64,000 nucleotides of DNA from an uncultured Gemmatimonadales bacterium (GCA_963783305.1 CAWAMW010000017.1:256001-320000), one strand, 5' to 3'; positions 47,728-57,296 are shown, counted from the first letter of the stretch. Notes: generated from the letters alone by a model not told the origin. Made by a program: numbers and translations.

Positions 47728-49104
47728 ATGGCCCTTTTCACCCCTCCGCCCCGGCGCGAGCTCGGCTCGTTGATCCAGCTGGCACTGCCCATCGTGGCCG
47801 TTCAGGTGGGCCTCATGTTCATGGGGGTGGTGGACACGCTCATGGTGGGACGGGTCAGCGCCGCCGCCCTGGCCGCCGTCGCGCTCGGCAACCTCTACTT
47901 CTTCTTCATCGCCATCTTCGGCATGGGGACCCTCTTCGGCCTCGACGCCATCGTGTCGCAGGCGGTAGGGGCGGGCGACGATCGTGCGATCGCGCGCGCC
48001 ATGCAGCGAGGCCTCATCGTCGCGCTGGTCCTGTCCATCGCCTCACTTGTCCCCCTCCTGCTGGTGGAACCGGTCATCCGACTCCTCAGGCAGCCACCGG
48101 ACGTGATCCCCCTTGCCGCCGGCTACGTTCACGCCGCCACTCCGGGTATGCTGGCGTTCTTCGCGTTCGTCGTGCTTCGGCAGACACTCCAGGCCATGGA
48201 CCGGGTTCGCCCCATCGTGGTGGCCATCGTGGTGGCGAACCTGGTGAACGCCGCCCTGAACTGGCTCCTCGTGTTCGGACACTGGGGGTTCCCCACCATG
48301 GGACCCATCGGTACCGGCTGGGCGTCGACGATCAGCCGCTGGACCATGCTGATCCTCCTCGCCGCAATGACGCTCCCTCGACTCCACCCATACCTGCGGC
48401 CGGCAGGTCGGGTGGTGCTGCAGCCCCGGCCGCTCTGGCGCATGTTGCGCCTGGGCGCCCCCATCGGGGCGCAATTTCAGCTGGAAATGGGCGCGTTCGC
48501 CGCCGTGGCGCTCATCATGGGCTGGCTCGGTACCGCACAGATGGCCGGGCACCAGGTTGCCATCAATCTCGCCTCGCTCACGTTCATGGTCCCCGTGGGC
48601 ATCGCCCAGGCGGGCGCCGTGCGCGTGGGGCAGGCCGTGGGCCGGGGCGACCCCGCTGGCGCGCGGGTCGCCGTGAAGAGCGCGCTGCTCAGTGGCACCG
48701 TCTTCATGAGCTTCACGGCCATCCTGTTCCTGACGCTGCCAGGACCCCTGACGGCCCTCTACACGGACGAGCCGGAAGTGGTGGCCGTGGCGGTGACGCT
48801 GATCCCTATCGCCGGCGTGTTCCAGGTCTTCGATGGCCTCCAGGCGGTCGCCGCGGGCGTGCTGCGCGGCATAGCCGACACGACGGCTCCGTTCATCGCG
48901 AACCTGCTGGCCTTCTGGGCGGTAGGGATCCCGCTGGGGCTCTGGCTCGGGTTCGGGACGGGCGCCGGTCCCGTCGGCCTCTGGTGGGGGCTGGTCGCGG
49001 GTCTCGGGCTCGTGGCGCTGTTCCTCGTGGCACGCGTGCGTGTCCGCATGCGCCGGGACCTCAGCCGCATCGTCATCGACGACGACGGGCACGCGCCGCA
49101 CTGA
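47728..49104 (+). CDS. MATE family efflux transporter (NorM-like)
   Basis: 'LALPI', 'VDTLMVGR', 'SQAVGAG', 'RLGAPIG', 'FQVFDGLQ', 'LRGIADT'. Confidence 0.95.
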   Translation: MALFTPPPRRELGSLIQLALPIVAVQVGLMFMGVVDTLMVGRVSAAALAAVALGNLYFFFIAIFGMGTLFGLDAIVSQAVGAGDDRAIARAMQRGLIVALVLSIASLVPLLLVEPVIRLLRQPPDVIPLAAGYVHAATPGMLAFFAFVVLRQTLQAMDRVRPIVVAIVVANLVNAALNWLLVFGHWGFPTMGPIGTGWASTISRWTMLILLAAMTLPRLHPYLRPAGRVVLQPRPLWRMLRLGAPIGAQFQLEMGAFAAVALIMGWLGTAQMAGHQVAINLASLTFMVPVGIAQAGAVRVGQAVGRGDPAGARVAVKSALLSGTVFMSFTAILFLTLPGPLTALYTDEPEVVAVAVTLIPIAGVFQVFDGLQAVAAGVLRGIADTTAPFIANLLAFWAVGIPLGLWLGFGTGAGPVGLWWGLVAGLGLVALFLVARVRVRMRRDLSRIVIDDDGHAPH

Positions 49105-49234
49105 CTCCCTCGACCTCCCGGCCGGCGGCGCCGGCCCCTGTCCCGTGTGATCGCACCGAGGGCGTGGTTCTTGTGTCGCTCTGGGCCCTGCCACACGTTT
49201 CTCACCAGTCTCCCCCCGAACCCGGATTGCTGCC

Positions 49235-50146
49235 ATGATGACGTTTCGCACGCTCCTGCCCGGACCTCGCCCCCTCCCCGCCGCCGCCGCGCTCCTGCTC
49301 ACCCTCGCGGCATGGACGTCGATGCCCGCCGTCGCGCAGGAGGAGACGGTGGCTTCCGCGGATCGCTGGCTGCCGCCCACCGCCGAGGGTGCGCTGGAGG
49401 CCCTGAACGCATCTCCGCGTCACGGCGAGTGGAGTATGGTCCGGCTGGCCGACGGCGACAGCGTCCGGAGCTGGATCGTATACCCGGAGCGTTCGGACGC
49501 GGCGCCGGTCCTGGTGGTGATCCACGAGATCTACGGCCTCACGAACTGGGTGCGCGCCGTGGCGGATCAGGCGGCCGCCGCGGGGTATATCGCCGTCGCG
49601 CCCGACCTGCTCACCATGCATGACGTCCCGGTGGATGCCGCCGGCGATCCGGAGCGTCAGGCGGCGGTGGCGGCCATCCGCGACCTCGACACCGACAGGG
49701 TACACCGCCAGATCCGGGCGGTGGCGGAGCACGCCATGGCGCTGCCATCGGCGCGGCCGGAGTACGCCATCACCGGCTTCTGCTGGGGTGGCAGCACCAC
49801 CTTCGAGCACGCCACGCGATACGATGACCTCGCAGCCGCAGTGGTCTTCTACGGCAGCTCACCCTCCGAGGAGGCGCTGGCCCGGGTGAGCGTGCCCGTC
49901 ACCGGGCACTACGGCGGCGATGACGAGCGTGTGAATGCCACCATCCCGCGCGCCCGCCAAGTGCTCGGTGATGCCTTCATCGCCAACATCCATCCGGGCG
50001 CCGGCCACGGCTTCATGCGCCAGCAGGACGGGCGGGACGGCGCCAACCTCCGCGCGGCGCGCCTGGGCTGGGGGATGCTCCTGGGCTTCCTGGACGGCGC
50101 GCGCCTGGAGGCCGCGACTCCCGCGGCGGCCGGCGGCGTTCAGTGA
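49235..50146 (+). CDS. exported dienelactone hydrolase family protein
   Basis: Signal peptide; 'IHEIYGL', 'GFCWGG', 'GHGF'. Confidence 0.94.
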   Translation: MMTFRTLLPGPRPLPAAAALLLTLAAWTSMPAVAQEETVASADRWLPPTAEGALEALNASPRHGEWSMVRLADGDSVRSWIVYPERSDAAPVLVVIHEIYGLTNWVRAVADQAAAAGYIAVAPDLLTMHDVPVDAAGDPERQAAVAAIRDLDTDRVHRQIRAVAEHAMALPSARPEYAITGFCWGGSTTFEHATRYDDLAAAVVFYGSSPSEEALARVSVPVTGHYGGDDERVNATIPRARQVLGDAFIANIHPGAGHGFMRQQDGRDGANLRAARLGWGMLLGFLDGARLEAATPAAAGGVQ

Positions 50147-51921
50147 CCGACCGCTCCGGCGTCCTCGTCCCGCGGGTCGGGCGCGCCGTGGCGGAGGTCA
50201 GACGGCCCGACCACGATGACGTGGGCGTGCCCCTGGGTCCCTCGCATCTCCAGCGTGTGACCCCGGTCGCGTAGCCCCTGCAACACGGGTTCGGACCAGC
50301 GCCCGCCCTCCATGCGCAGCTCGTCCGGCAGCCACTGGTGGTGCACACGGGCCGCTTTCACGGCCTCCAGCGCGTCCATCCGGAAGTCCATCAGGTTCAG
50401 GCTCACCTGGAGGACGGTGTTGATGATGGTGCGGCCGCCCGGCGATCCGACCACCGCCAGCAGCTCCCCGGCAGGCGTCGTGAGGATGGTGGGAGTCATG
50501 CTCGACAGCATCCGCTGCTCCGGCCGGGCCAGGTTGGGGGTGGTGCCGATGAGTCCCGACGCAGTGGTGAGGCCGGGCCCGGGGTTGAAGTCGCCCATTT
50601 CGTTGTTGAGCAGGAACCCCGCGCCCGCCACCGTGATAGCGCTGCCGTAGCTGTTTTCCAGCGTATACGTGGTGGACACCGCCAGCCCGGCACCATCCAC
50701 TACCGAGTAGTGCGTGGTCTCGGTGCTCTCCGCCCCCGCCAGCGCGGTGTCCTCCACGACCGACGGCGTCGCGCGCCCGGCGACGATCCCGCTCCGGAGC
50801 TCGGCCGCATAGGCCTTGCTCGTCAGCCGGTCCAGCGGCACGTCGATGAAATCGGTGTCGGCCACGTACCGCGCGCGGTCCCGGTACGCCAGGCGCATGG
50901 CCTCCGCCAGATGATGGAGGTAGGCCGGTGAGTTGTGTCCCATCGCCGCCAGGTCGAAGCCCTCCAGGATATTGAGCATTTCCACCACGGCCGTTCCACC
51001 ACTCGATGGCGGCGGCATCCCGATGATCCCATAGCCGCGGTAGCTTCCCCGGATCGGCGCACGCTCCACCGGCTCGTATCGGGCCAGGTCCTCCCGCGTG
51101 ATCAGTCCGCCGCCCCTCTCCATCTCCTCTACCAGCAGCCGCGCGGTCTCGCCGGAGTAGAACCCATCCGCCCCATCATCGCGGATCCGCTCGAGCGTCC
51201 GCGCCAGGTCCGGCTGCCGGAGCACCTCGCCCACCTGGTAGGGTTCGCCATTGCGGTAGAAGGCCTCCAGCGTGGCCGGATACCGCCTCGCTCGCGACAG
51301 GAAGGACTCCAGCGACGATGCCGCGCCCGGCGTCATCTCGAACCCCTCCGCCGCCAGCCGGATCGCAGGCTGCACCAGCTGCTCCCACGGCAGGCTGCCA
51401 TACTTCGAGTGGGCGTACGCGAACCCCGCCACCGTCCCGGGAACCCCCACGGCCATGTGACTGTAGTGGTGCCGGTCCGGGTCGTACTCGCCATTCTCGT
51501 CCAGCCACATCCGGGGGTGCGCCGCCAGCGGGGCCTTTTCACGGAAGTCGAGGGTCGTGGCCGAGTCGTTCGGGAATCGGATCACCATGAAGCCGCCCCC
51601 GCCGATGTTCCCGGCCCTCGGATATACGACAGCGAGGGCAAACCCCGTCGCCACCGCCGCGTCCACGGCATTGCCGCCGCTCCTGAGGATCTCGTCGCCG
51701 ATTCGGCTCGCCAGGATGTGCGCTGAAACCACCATCCCGTCGTCCGCCACCGCGGCCCGGTCGGCCGGGACGGTCGCCTCCACGACGACGGCGTGCGCGG
51801 GAGCGGGGCGCTCAGAAGGCGTTGGCTCCGCGGCGGGCGCGGCGCAAGCGCCCAACGCGATCAGGAGCAGCGCCGGAAGATGGTGGTGGAGTCGTCTTGA
51901 ACCGATGGAGCGTAGAGTCAT
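50140..51921 (-). CDS. ggt: gamma-glutamyltransferase (probable lipoprotein)
   Basis: 'GGNAVDAAVA', 'GGGGF', 'DFREKAP', 'ETTHYS' (Thr nucleophile), 'LSSMTPT', 'GSPGG'; lipobox 'LGAC'. Confidence 0.96.
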   Translation of the reverse strand: MTLRSIGSRRLHHHLPALLLIALGACAAPAAEPTPSERPAPAHAVVVEATVPADRAAVADDGMVVSAHILASRIGDEILRSGGNAVDAAVATGFALAVVYPRAGNIGGGGFMVIRFPNDSATTLDFREKAPLAAHPRMWLDENGEYDPDRHHYSHMAVGVPGTVAGFAYAHSKYGSLPWEQLVQPAIRLAAEGFEMTPGAASSLESFLSRARRYPATLEAFYRNGEPYQVGEVLRQPDLARTLERIRDDGADGFYSGETARLLVEEMERGGGLITREDLARYEPVERAPIRGSYRGYGIIGMPPPSSGGTAVVEMLNILEGFDLAAMGHNSPAYLHHLAEAMRLAYRDRARYVADTDFIDVPLDRLTSKAYAAELRSGIVAGRATPSVVEDTALAGAESTETTHYSVVDGAGLAVSTTYTLENSYGSAITVAGAGFLLNNEMGDFNPGPGLTTASGLIGTTPNLARPEQRMLSSMTPTILTTPAGELLAVVGSPGGRTIINTVLQVSLNLMDFRMDALEAVKAARVHHQWLPDELRMEGGRWSEPVLQGLRDRGHTLEMRGTQGHAHVIVVGPSDLRHGAPDPRDEDAGAVGH

Positions 51922-52098
51922 TGCGTGGCCTGCAGGTCTGATGATCGTGGAAGCTCGTCCGGGAACCTACGGGACCCTCCGCCTCCCGGTCCAGTCCGCA
52001 ACCCGCAATCCGAGCTCGAGCCCGCTCTCACCGTGGCTCCAGGAAGCAGCGTGAGCAGAACGCGGGGCGCCTGCATCGGCTGAGATCGGCCCGGGCCG

Positions 52099-52869
52099 CT
52101 AGCGGCGATCCACGACGTACGCGTTGCGCTGCGCGGTCGGGAGGAGGACCATCCGGAGGGCGTTCACGTGGGGCGGAAGGTTCGCGATGTACGCCACCGC
52201 GTCCGCCACGTCGTCCGCCGTGAGCGGATCGAACCCCTCGTAGACGCTGTCCGCCCGCTCCCGGTCTCCGTGGAAGCGCACGACGCTGAACTCCGTCTCG
52301 ACAAACCCCGGATCCACGCTCGAGACCTTCAGTCGCGTGCCCGCCACGTCCAGGTTGATCGCCTCCGTCAGCGCCGTGACGGCAAACTTCGTGGCGTTGT
52401 AGACGTTCCCCTTCGGGTACACCTGGTGCCCGGCGGTACTGCCGATGTTGATGATGTGGCCCCGGTCGGCTTCGATCATGGACGGGAGGAGGAGCCGCGT
52501 CACGTTCAGCAGCCCCTTCAGGTTCGTGTCGATCATCCGGTCCCAGTCGTCGAAATCGCCCTCCTGGACCGGGCTCAGACCGGAGGCGAGGCCCGCGTTG
52601 TTCAGCAGGATGTGGGGCGCGCCCGTCTCCGTAAGCAGCGTGTCCACCGCTTCGCGCACGGCCGCGCGGTCCCGCACATCCACCGCGCAGGTGTGCACGG
52701 CCACCCCGTGCTCCCTGGTCAGGTCGTCCGCCAACCGCTGGAGCCGATCTTCGCGCCGAGCCCAGAGGGCCACGTCCGCGCCTTCCGCCGCGAGCCTGCG
52801 TGCGCAGGCCTCACCGATGCCGGCGCTCGCGCCCGTGACGAGCGCGAGCTTTCCCTGGATTCTGTTCAT
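52099..52869 (-). CDS. SDR family NADP-dependent oxidoreductase (YdfG-like)
   Basis: 'TGASAGIG', 'NNAG', 'YNATK', 'VETEFS'. Confidence 0.95.
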   Translation of the reverse strand: MNRIQGKLALVTGASAGIGEACARRLAAEGADVALWARREDRLQRLADDLTREHGVAVHTCAVDVRDRAAVREAVDTLLTETGAPHILLNNAGLASGLSPVQEGDFDDWDRMIDTNLKGLLNVTRLLLPSMIEADRGHIINIGSTAGHQVYPKGNVYNATKFAVTALTEAINLDVAGTRLKVSSVDPGFVETEFSVVRFHGDRERADSVYEGFDPLTADDVADAVAYIANLPPHVNALRMVLLPTAQRNAYVVDRR

Positions 52870-52909
52870 GGCGTCAAAGTCCGGTGTCGCGACGCGGGTG
52901 TCAACCGCC

Positions 52910-53785
52910 TCACAGATCCGGTTGACAGTCCTCGTGCGGGAGAGTACGGGTGGGACTCTCGGTGCGCTGCTCGATCCGTTCGACGACGCGGGGTCGCATG
53001 CTCAGGAACTCTGTCACCAGGTGGGGATCGAGCTTCCCTAACGCGTCGACGAGCGAGTCGTCCGGCAGCGAGCGCGCTCGCCGGAACGGCGTCCCCAGCG
53101 CACCGGGCAGGTAGATCGAGTCGATCTCCGTCTCCCAGCACGTCTTGGGCTTGCTCGCCAGGTGGTACTCGAACGCACGATTGTGGTCGATGGCCACGGT
53201 CCGTCCGTCCACCACGAGCCAGTTCGACTGGTGACGATCGCTGTTGCCGATGAGCGCGTCTAAAAAGCGCAGCCGGTCCGGCTTGAGCGCACCCACATCC
53301 CGCGGCGACGAGGCGTCCCGCACGAAGTACATGGCCGATCCCACGAGGGTGTCGCCGTGACTGTCCAGGATCCGGGCTGGCACCGTCATGGGCGTGAGGT
53401 CCAGCCGCAGGAGCCGGTCCAGCCGGTAGGTGGCGATTTCGCGATCGGCACCGCAAGACCGGCAGAAGATGTCGGACCCATCCACCTTGAAGATCGCGGC
53501 CACCCCGTCGCCATACTCCAGCCGGTAGGTGAAGCTGACACCCTGGCTGTCCAGCGACAACGGCTCCGCGGAGCGCGGCTGCGAGCGCAGGATCGAGTCG
53601 AGGCGATCCAGGATGCGATCGCCGGCCGCCGTATCTCCAGCCGCTCGCGCCGCCCACACGGCTTCCTGCAGACGGCCGAGGGCGACGAGCGAGTCCACAC
53701 GTTCCAGAGCGGCGTTCTGGGCACCGGCGGGAACGGCCAGCACGGCGGCCAGCCCAACGACCAACGCTGCCATCGAGTGGTTCAT
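52910..53785 (-). CDS. exported Fam20C/four-jointed/PI4K-like atypical kinase
   Basis: Signal peptide (AGA-Q); 'AIFK', 'EIATYRLDRLL', 'DALIGNSDRHQSN', 'AIDHNRAF'; start may be 53803, 53785 or 53773. Confidence 0.75.
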   Translation of the reverse strand: MNHSMAALVVGLAAVLAVPAGAQNAALERVDSLVALGRLQEAVWAARAAGDTAAGDRILDRLDSILRSQPRSAEPLSLDSQGVSFTYRLEYGDGVAAIFKVDGSDIFCRSCGADREIATYRLDRLLRLDLTPMTVPARILDSHGDTLVGSAMYFVRDASSPRDVGALKPDRLRFLDALIGNSDRHQSNWLVVDGRTVAIDHNRAFEYHLASKPKTCWETEIDSIYLPGALGTPFRRARSLPDDSLVDALGKLDPHLVTEFLSMRPRVVERIEQRTESPTRTLPHEDCQPDL

Positions 53786-53817
53786 GCTGGAAAATACGGC
53801 CACGGCAGAGCGCGACG

Positions 53818-54240
53818 CTACCGGTAGCAGACAGGCGGCTCGACGACCAGCCGTTCTCCAGCCCAGCGGCCCTTCTGCACACAGCTCAGACCTACGTCAT
53901 CGTCCTCCACCATGGCCTCCCACGACCAGTCGGTGGCGTGTACGAGCCTGAACCGCACGTCCCCGGGGATCTCGATGCTCAGCGTCCGCTCCCATGCTGC
54001 AAACGTGCCCGTCTCACGATGGTATCGCTCCTGCGCCTCCGCCACCTGCCCCAGCGTTCCCAGCAGGCGCCCGTGCGGCGTAGCGTCGCTGAATCCGCGC
54101 CCCAGGATCGCCGTGGCCGCGGCCGTCACCAGCAGCACCGCCGACACCGTGAGCACCACCATGCTGCCGGGGCTCGACCTGGGCTGCGTCCTGAAGTCAC
54201 CAGTTCCGCTCCGCCGGTCCCCGCGCCCGCTGCGTGCCAT
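53818..54240 (-). CDS. pilin-like single-TM protein
   Basis: AGGAG SD before ATG 54240; TM helix; 'LGQVAEAQERYHRETGTFA'; two C-terminal Cys. Confidence 0.55.
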   Translation of the reverse strand: MARSGRGDRRSGTGDFRTQPRSSPGSMVVLTVSAVLLVTAAATAILGRGFSDATPHGRLLGTLGQVAEAQERYHRETGTFAAWERTLSIEIPGDVRFRLVHATDWSWEAMVEDDDVGLSCVQKGRWAGERLVVEPPVCYR

Positions 54241-54322
54241 CCCAACGCTCCTGTTAAACCGCACCCTCGTACGGCCACTACTTCAAGAGCCGGGCCGCCG
54301 CGCGCGTGCCCGGGGACGGAGC

Positions 54323-54456
54323 CGGGAGCGGGAGCGGGAGCGGGAGCGGGAGCGGCCGCGGCAATCGGCAGCGGCAGCGGCAATCGGCAAGCGGCAGCGG
54401 CAAGCGGCAAGCGGCAGCGGCAAGCGGCAAGCGGCAAGCGGCAAGCGGCAGCGGCG
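54323..54456. repeat. hexamer/heptamer arrays: CGGGAG x5, then about 15 units of (G/T)CGGCA(A)
   Basis: Direct reading. Confidence 0.92.
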
Positions 54457-54461
54457 GATGG

Positions 54462-54501
54462 AGAAGCGTCCCGCGGCCTCGTAAGGCCGCGGGACGCTTC
54501 T
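54462..54501. terminator. terminator-like hairpin downstream of the DEAD-like/CSD gene
   Basis: Perfect 18-bp stem AGAAGCGTCCCGCGGCCT/AGGCCGCGGGACGCTTCT, 4-nt loop; weak U tail. Confidence 0.65.
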
Positions 54502-54556
54502 TCAGGGCGCCGCCATCACACGCGTGCGGCGGCGGCTCCGGGCTGGCCGCGTTCGG

Positions 54557-55588
54557 TCAGAGCGGCTGGACTTCGCGCGCCTCGGGGCTCTTCTCTGTCG
54601 GTACCCGCCGGAAGCGGACGCGCTGGCCGTCGTCCAGCGACTTGAAGCCGTCACCCACGATATTGGAGTGGTGGACGAACACGTCCTCGTCGCCGTCGTC
54701 GGGCTCGATGAAACCGAAGCCCTTGCTGTTGCTGAACCAGCGGACGACACCGGTGATGGTATCGCTGGACCCGCCCTCGGCCGAAGCCGCGGCGACTACA
54801 CGATCGGGCTGCTCGAAAGACGACTTTCTCCTGGGGGCCGGCACCGCTTCGGCAGCCCCCACATCCACGCGCATTGGATCGTTGAGAACCGTCCGTGCCA
54901 GCTCCTGCGCCTCGCCCGAGAGCGTCCGGCCCACGAAGACGACCTGCCGCTTCTGCGGCGTGAGCTCCAGGATTCGCTCGACTTCCGCGTGCTTCCCGCG
55001 CTGCAGGAGCGTATCGATGGGATCGAAAACCAGCACCTCGACCTGCCCGAGCCGCACGTTGCCCGCGTCCAGATGCTCCAGCAGTCGGTCCGGGGTCGCC
55101 ACGAGCACGTCGAAGCCCGCGTTCAGGTCTCTGACCTGATCCACGGCGGGCACGCCGCCGTGGATCTCACCCACCCACAGATCCGCCTCTTTCGCCAGCG
55201 TCCGGGCCTGCTCGGCGATGTCCTCGACCATGTCCACGGCCGGAGTCACCACCAGCGTGTGCAGACCCTCCCGGTGCAGTTGGCGCTCCAGCGCCGGCAC
55301 CATGTACGCCCCGGTCTTACCAGTGCCTTCGGGGGCGCTCATGATGATGTCCCGGCCGCTCCGGAGCGCGTCGATGGTACGCTCCTGGACGGGGCGGGGT
55401 CGACTCCAGCCGAGTTGTCGCAGGCCTCTTCGCAGCTCGTCGTGCTCCACCACGTCGTCGAACGTGCTCGGTCGCGCCTCCTGGTCGGGGGCTCGTGTCG
55501 TCGTAGAAGTCGTGGACCCTCCGCGTCGGAAGAACGCGAACAGTGCCCACACGATAAGCGCCGCGATCGCCACGACGAGGACGATCAT
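54557..55588 (-). CDS. TM helix plus degenerate DEAD-box RecA1 domain plus cold-shock domain fusion
   Basis: N-terminal TM; 'PRPVQ', 'APEGTGKT', 'ATPDRL', 'VFDPID'; C-terminal '[13 protein letters not shown]...DVFVHHS'. Confidence 0.85.
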   Translation of the reverse strand: MIVLVVAIAALIVWALFAFFRRGGSTTSTTTRAPDQEARPSTFDDVVEHDELRRGLRQLGWSRPRPVQERTIDALRSGRDIIMSAPEGTGKTGAYMVPALERQLHREGLHTLVVTPAVDMVEDIAEQARTLAKEADLWVGEIHGGVPAVDQVRDLNAGFDVLVATPDRLLEHLDAGNVRLGQVEVLVFDPIDTLLQRGKHAEVERILELTPQKRQVVFVGRTLSGEAQELARTVLNDPMRVDVGAAEAVPAPRRKSSFEQPDRVVAAASAEGGSSDTITGVVRWFSNSKGFGFIEPDDGDEDVFVHHSNIVGDGFKSLDDGQRVRFRRVPTEKSPEAREVQPL

Positions 55589-55619
55589 CCGAGATGTTCG
55601 TTTGTCCGTTCATGCCACC

Positions 55620-55649
55620 ATTGTCCGGCGTTGCGCCCCCTTCTGTCAA
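55620..55649 (-). promoter_or_regulatory. sigma-70-like promoter TTGACA-N18-GACAAT
   Basis: Perfect -35 and a 4/6 -10 match; predicted start near 55613. Confidence 0.5.
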
Positions 55650-55691
55650 GCGACGGGGGTGTCTGCACCTCCCTCGATCAGCACAGGGAGA

Positions 55692-57296
55692 TCAGCGGAT
55701 TGCGGCGCTGGCGGACGCCGGTCCCCGCAGGATCGGGTACGAGCCAGCGTCCGCCTCCAGCGCCTCGTCCACCAGGTTCCAGTTGACGACCCCGTCGGGG
55801 GCCCGCGGCTCCAGCAGGTGAAACACCAACCGGGCCAGAGGCTGTGTCATGGGAACTTCGAGGGTGCCCGCCGGGAGGTCCAGAACCGCCGGAACCCACT
55901 GTCCGTAGACCTCGCGCTCGCGGTGACCCTGGAACTCGCGTTCGGCCACGTGCATCGAGTCCACGACGAATTGCTCCCCCTCCACCCGCAGGGGCTCCGG
56001 CAACGCCCGCGTCCGCACGCCGTGGAGCGCGAGCAGGTCGACCACCGAGTCGAGGCCGCTCGGCACAAAGTACGACTCCGGAACACGCTCCGTCTCCGTG
56101 GCAGCGAAGGCGCCATACTCCGCCATCCGCTCGGGCCGAACGCTGTCCAGGCGCGCCAGGTAGCGCAGCCCTGAGTACCGGCTCAGTCGCTCCTCGGTCG
56201 CGCCCATGAGGATCTCGGCCTCGGCGCCCCTCTCGAACACCGCCCGCAGCGGGAGCCGCTCCCCCCGGAGGTCCCGGGCATCCGCCGCCGCCACCGCGTC
56301 CTTGATCCGCCGGGCGTTCCCGTGGGCGTAATCGAGGATCGCCTCGACGAACGCGAGCGTCGCTTCCACCCGGTCCCGGAAGCTGGCGTAGGAGTACGCC
56401 TCGCTCAGCACGGCGATACGGTTTCTGAGCCCCACGTAGTTGTTGTTGAAGCGAGGGCGGTAGTCGAAGGTGTACCAGCCGAGCTCGCCATCGTCGGGGG
56501 CGTAGGCGTTGCCGTAGTAGTAGGCGCGCCAGCCACCGACATCACGAATCCGCTCCGTGGCGTAGGGCAGCAGATCCCGGCGTACGAGTTCCACGAGCGC
56601 CGCGTCGGTGTCCGGGTGCAGAGGCGGAGAATAGGTGAGATGGTAGGCGTGCTGGGTGCCATTGGTGGTGTGCAGATCCACCACGATATGGGGATCGTAG
56701 CGATCGATCAGGCCCACCAGCGAGCGCGCCTCCGGTGACCGCAGCTTCATGTGGTCCCGGTTCAGGTCGAGCCCCTGCGCGTTCGTGCGCACTCCAACAC
56801 CCCCCGCAGGGCCGTTCTGGCGGTACCGATTCAGCACGCTGAACCGCTCGTTCCCGTCGGCATTGTAGATCGGCGCCACCAGCACCACCAGCGAGTCCAG
56901 CCATTCGCCGTGCTCACCGGCCGCAAAGGCCCGGAGGAGCATCTGTGCCGCCTCTTTTCCCTCCACCTCGCCCCCGTGGATGTTGGCGAGCACCAGGACT
57001 CGGGTGCGACCCGTGGCCCTCACGGTCTCCGGGTCCGCGTTCCTCAGCCCGCGGCCGACCACCACCAGCGGGAGCGGACGCCCCTCCAGCGAGTAGCCGA
57101 ACGTCCGCTGGTGCAGAACCCCGGGGGCGCGTGCGTCCTCGAGCGCCAGCGCTTCCAGCAACTCGAGTACATCGCCGTAGCGACTCGTCTCCGCCCAGTC
57201 GGTCCGCTCCGCCCGTGTCAGCGGCTCCTGGGCGAGCGCCGATGCCGCGCATCCGAGCCACAGCCCCAGCGCCACCACTAGCGCCACCCTCGTCAT
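55692..57296 (-). CDS. exported M14 family zinc metallocarboxypeptidase
   Basis: Signal peptide (ALA-Q); 'IHGGE', 'NADG', 'DLNRD', 'VDLH'. Confidence 0.92.
   Translation of the reverse strand: MTRVALVVALGLWLGCAASALAQEPLTRAERTDWAETSRYGDVLELLEALALEDARAPGVLHQRTFGYSLEGRPLPLVVVGRGLRNADPETVRATGRTRVLVLANIHGGEVEGKEAAQMLLRAFAAGEHGEWLDSLVVLVAPIYNADGNERFSVLNRYRQNGPAGGVGVRTNAQGLDLNRDHMKLRSPEARSLVGLIDRYDPHIVVDLHTTNGTQHAYHLTYSPPLHPDTDAALVELVRRDLLPYATERIRDVGGWRAYYYGNAYAPDDGELGWYTFDYRPRFNNNYVGLRNRIAVLSEAYSYASFRDRVEATLAFVEAILDYAHGNARRIKDAVAAADARDLRGERLPLRAVFERGAEAEILMGATEERLSRYSGLRYLARLDSVRPERMAEYGAFAATETERVPESYFVPSGLDSVVDLLALHGVRTRALPEPLRVEGEQFVVDSMHVAEREFQGHREREVYGQWVPAVLDLPAGTLEVPMTQPLARLVFHLLEPRAPDGVVNWNLVDEALEADAGSYPILRGPASASAAIR

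Noticed and set aside
50140..50146. Convergent overlap of dienelactone hydrolase and ggt
   Set aside because: A 7-bp overlap of 3' ends is common in compact genomes
54306..54460. GSGSG/QAASGKR low-complexity ORFs
   Set aside because: Translation artefacts of the intergenic repeats
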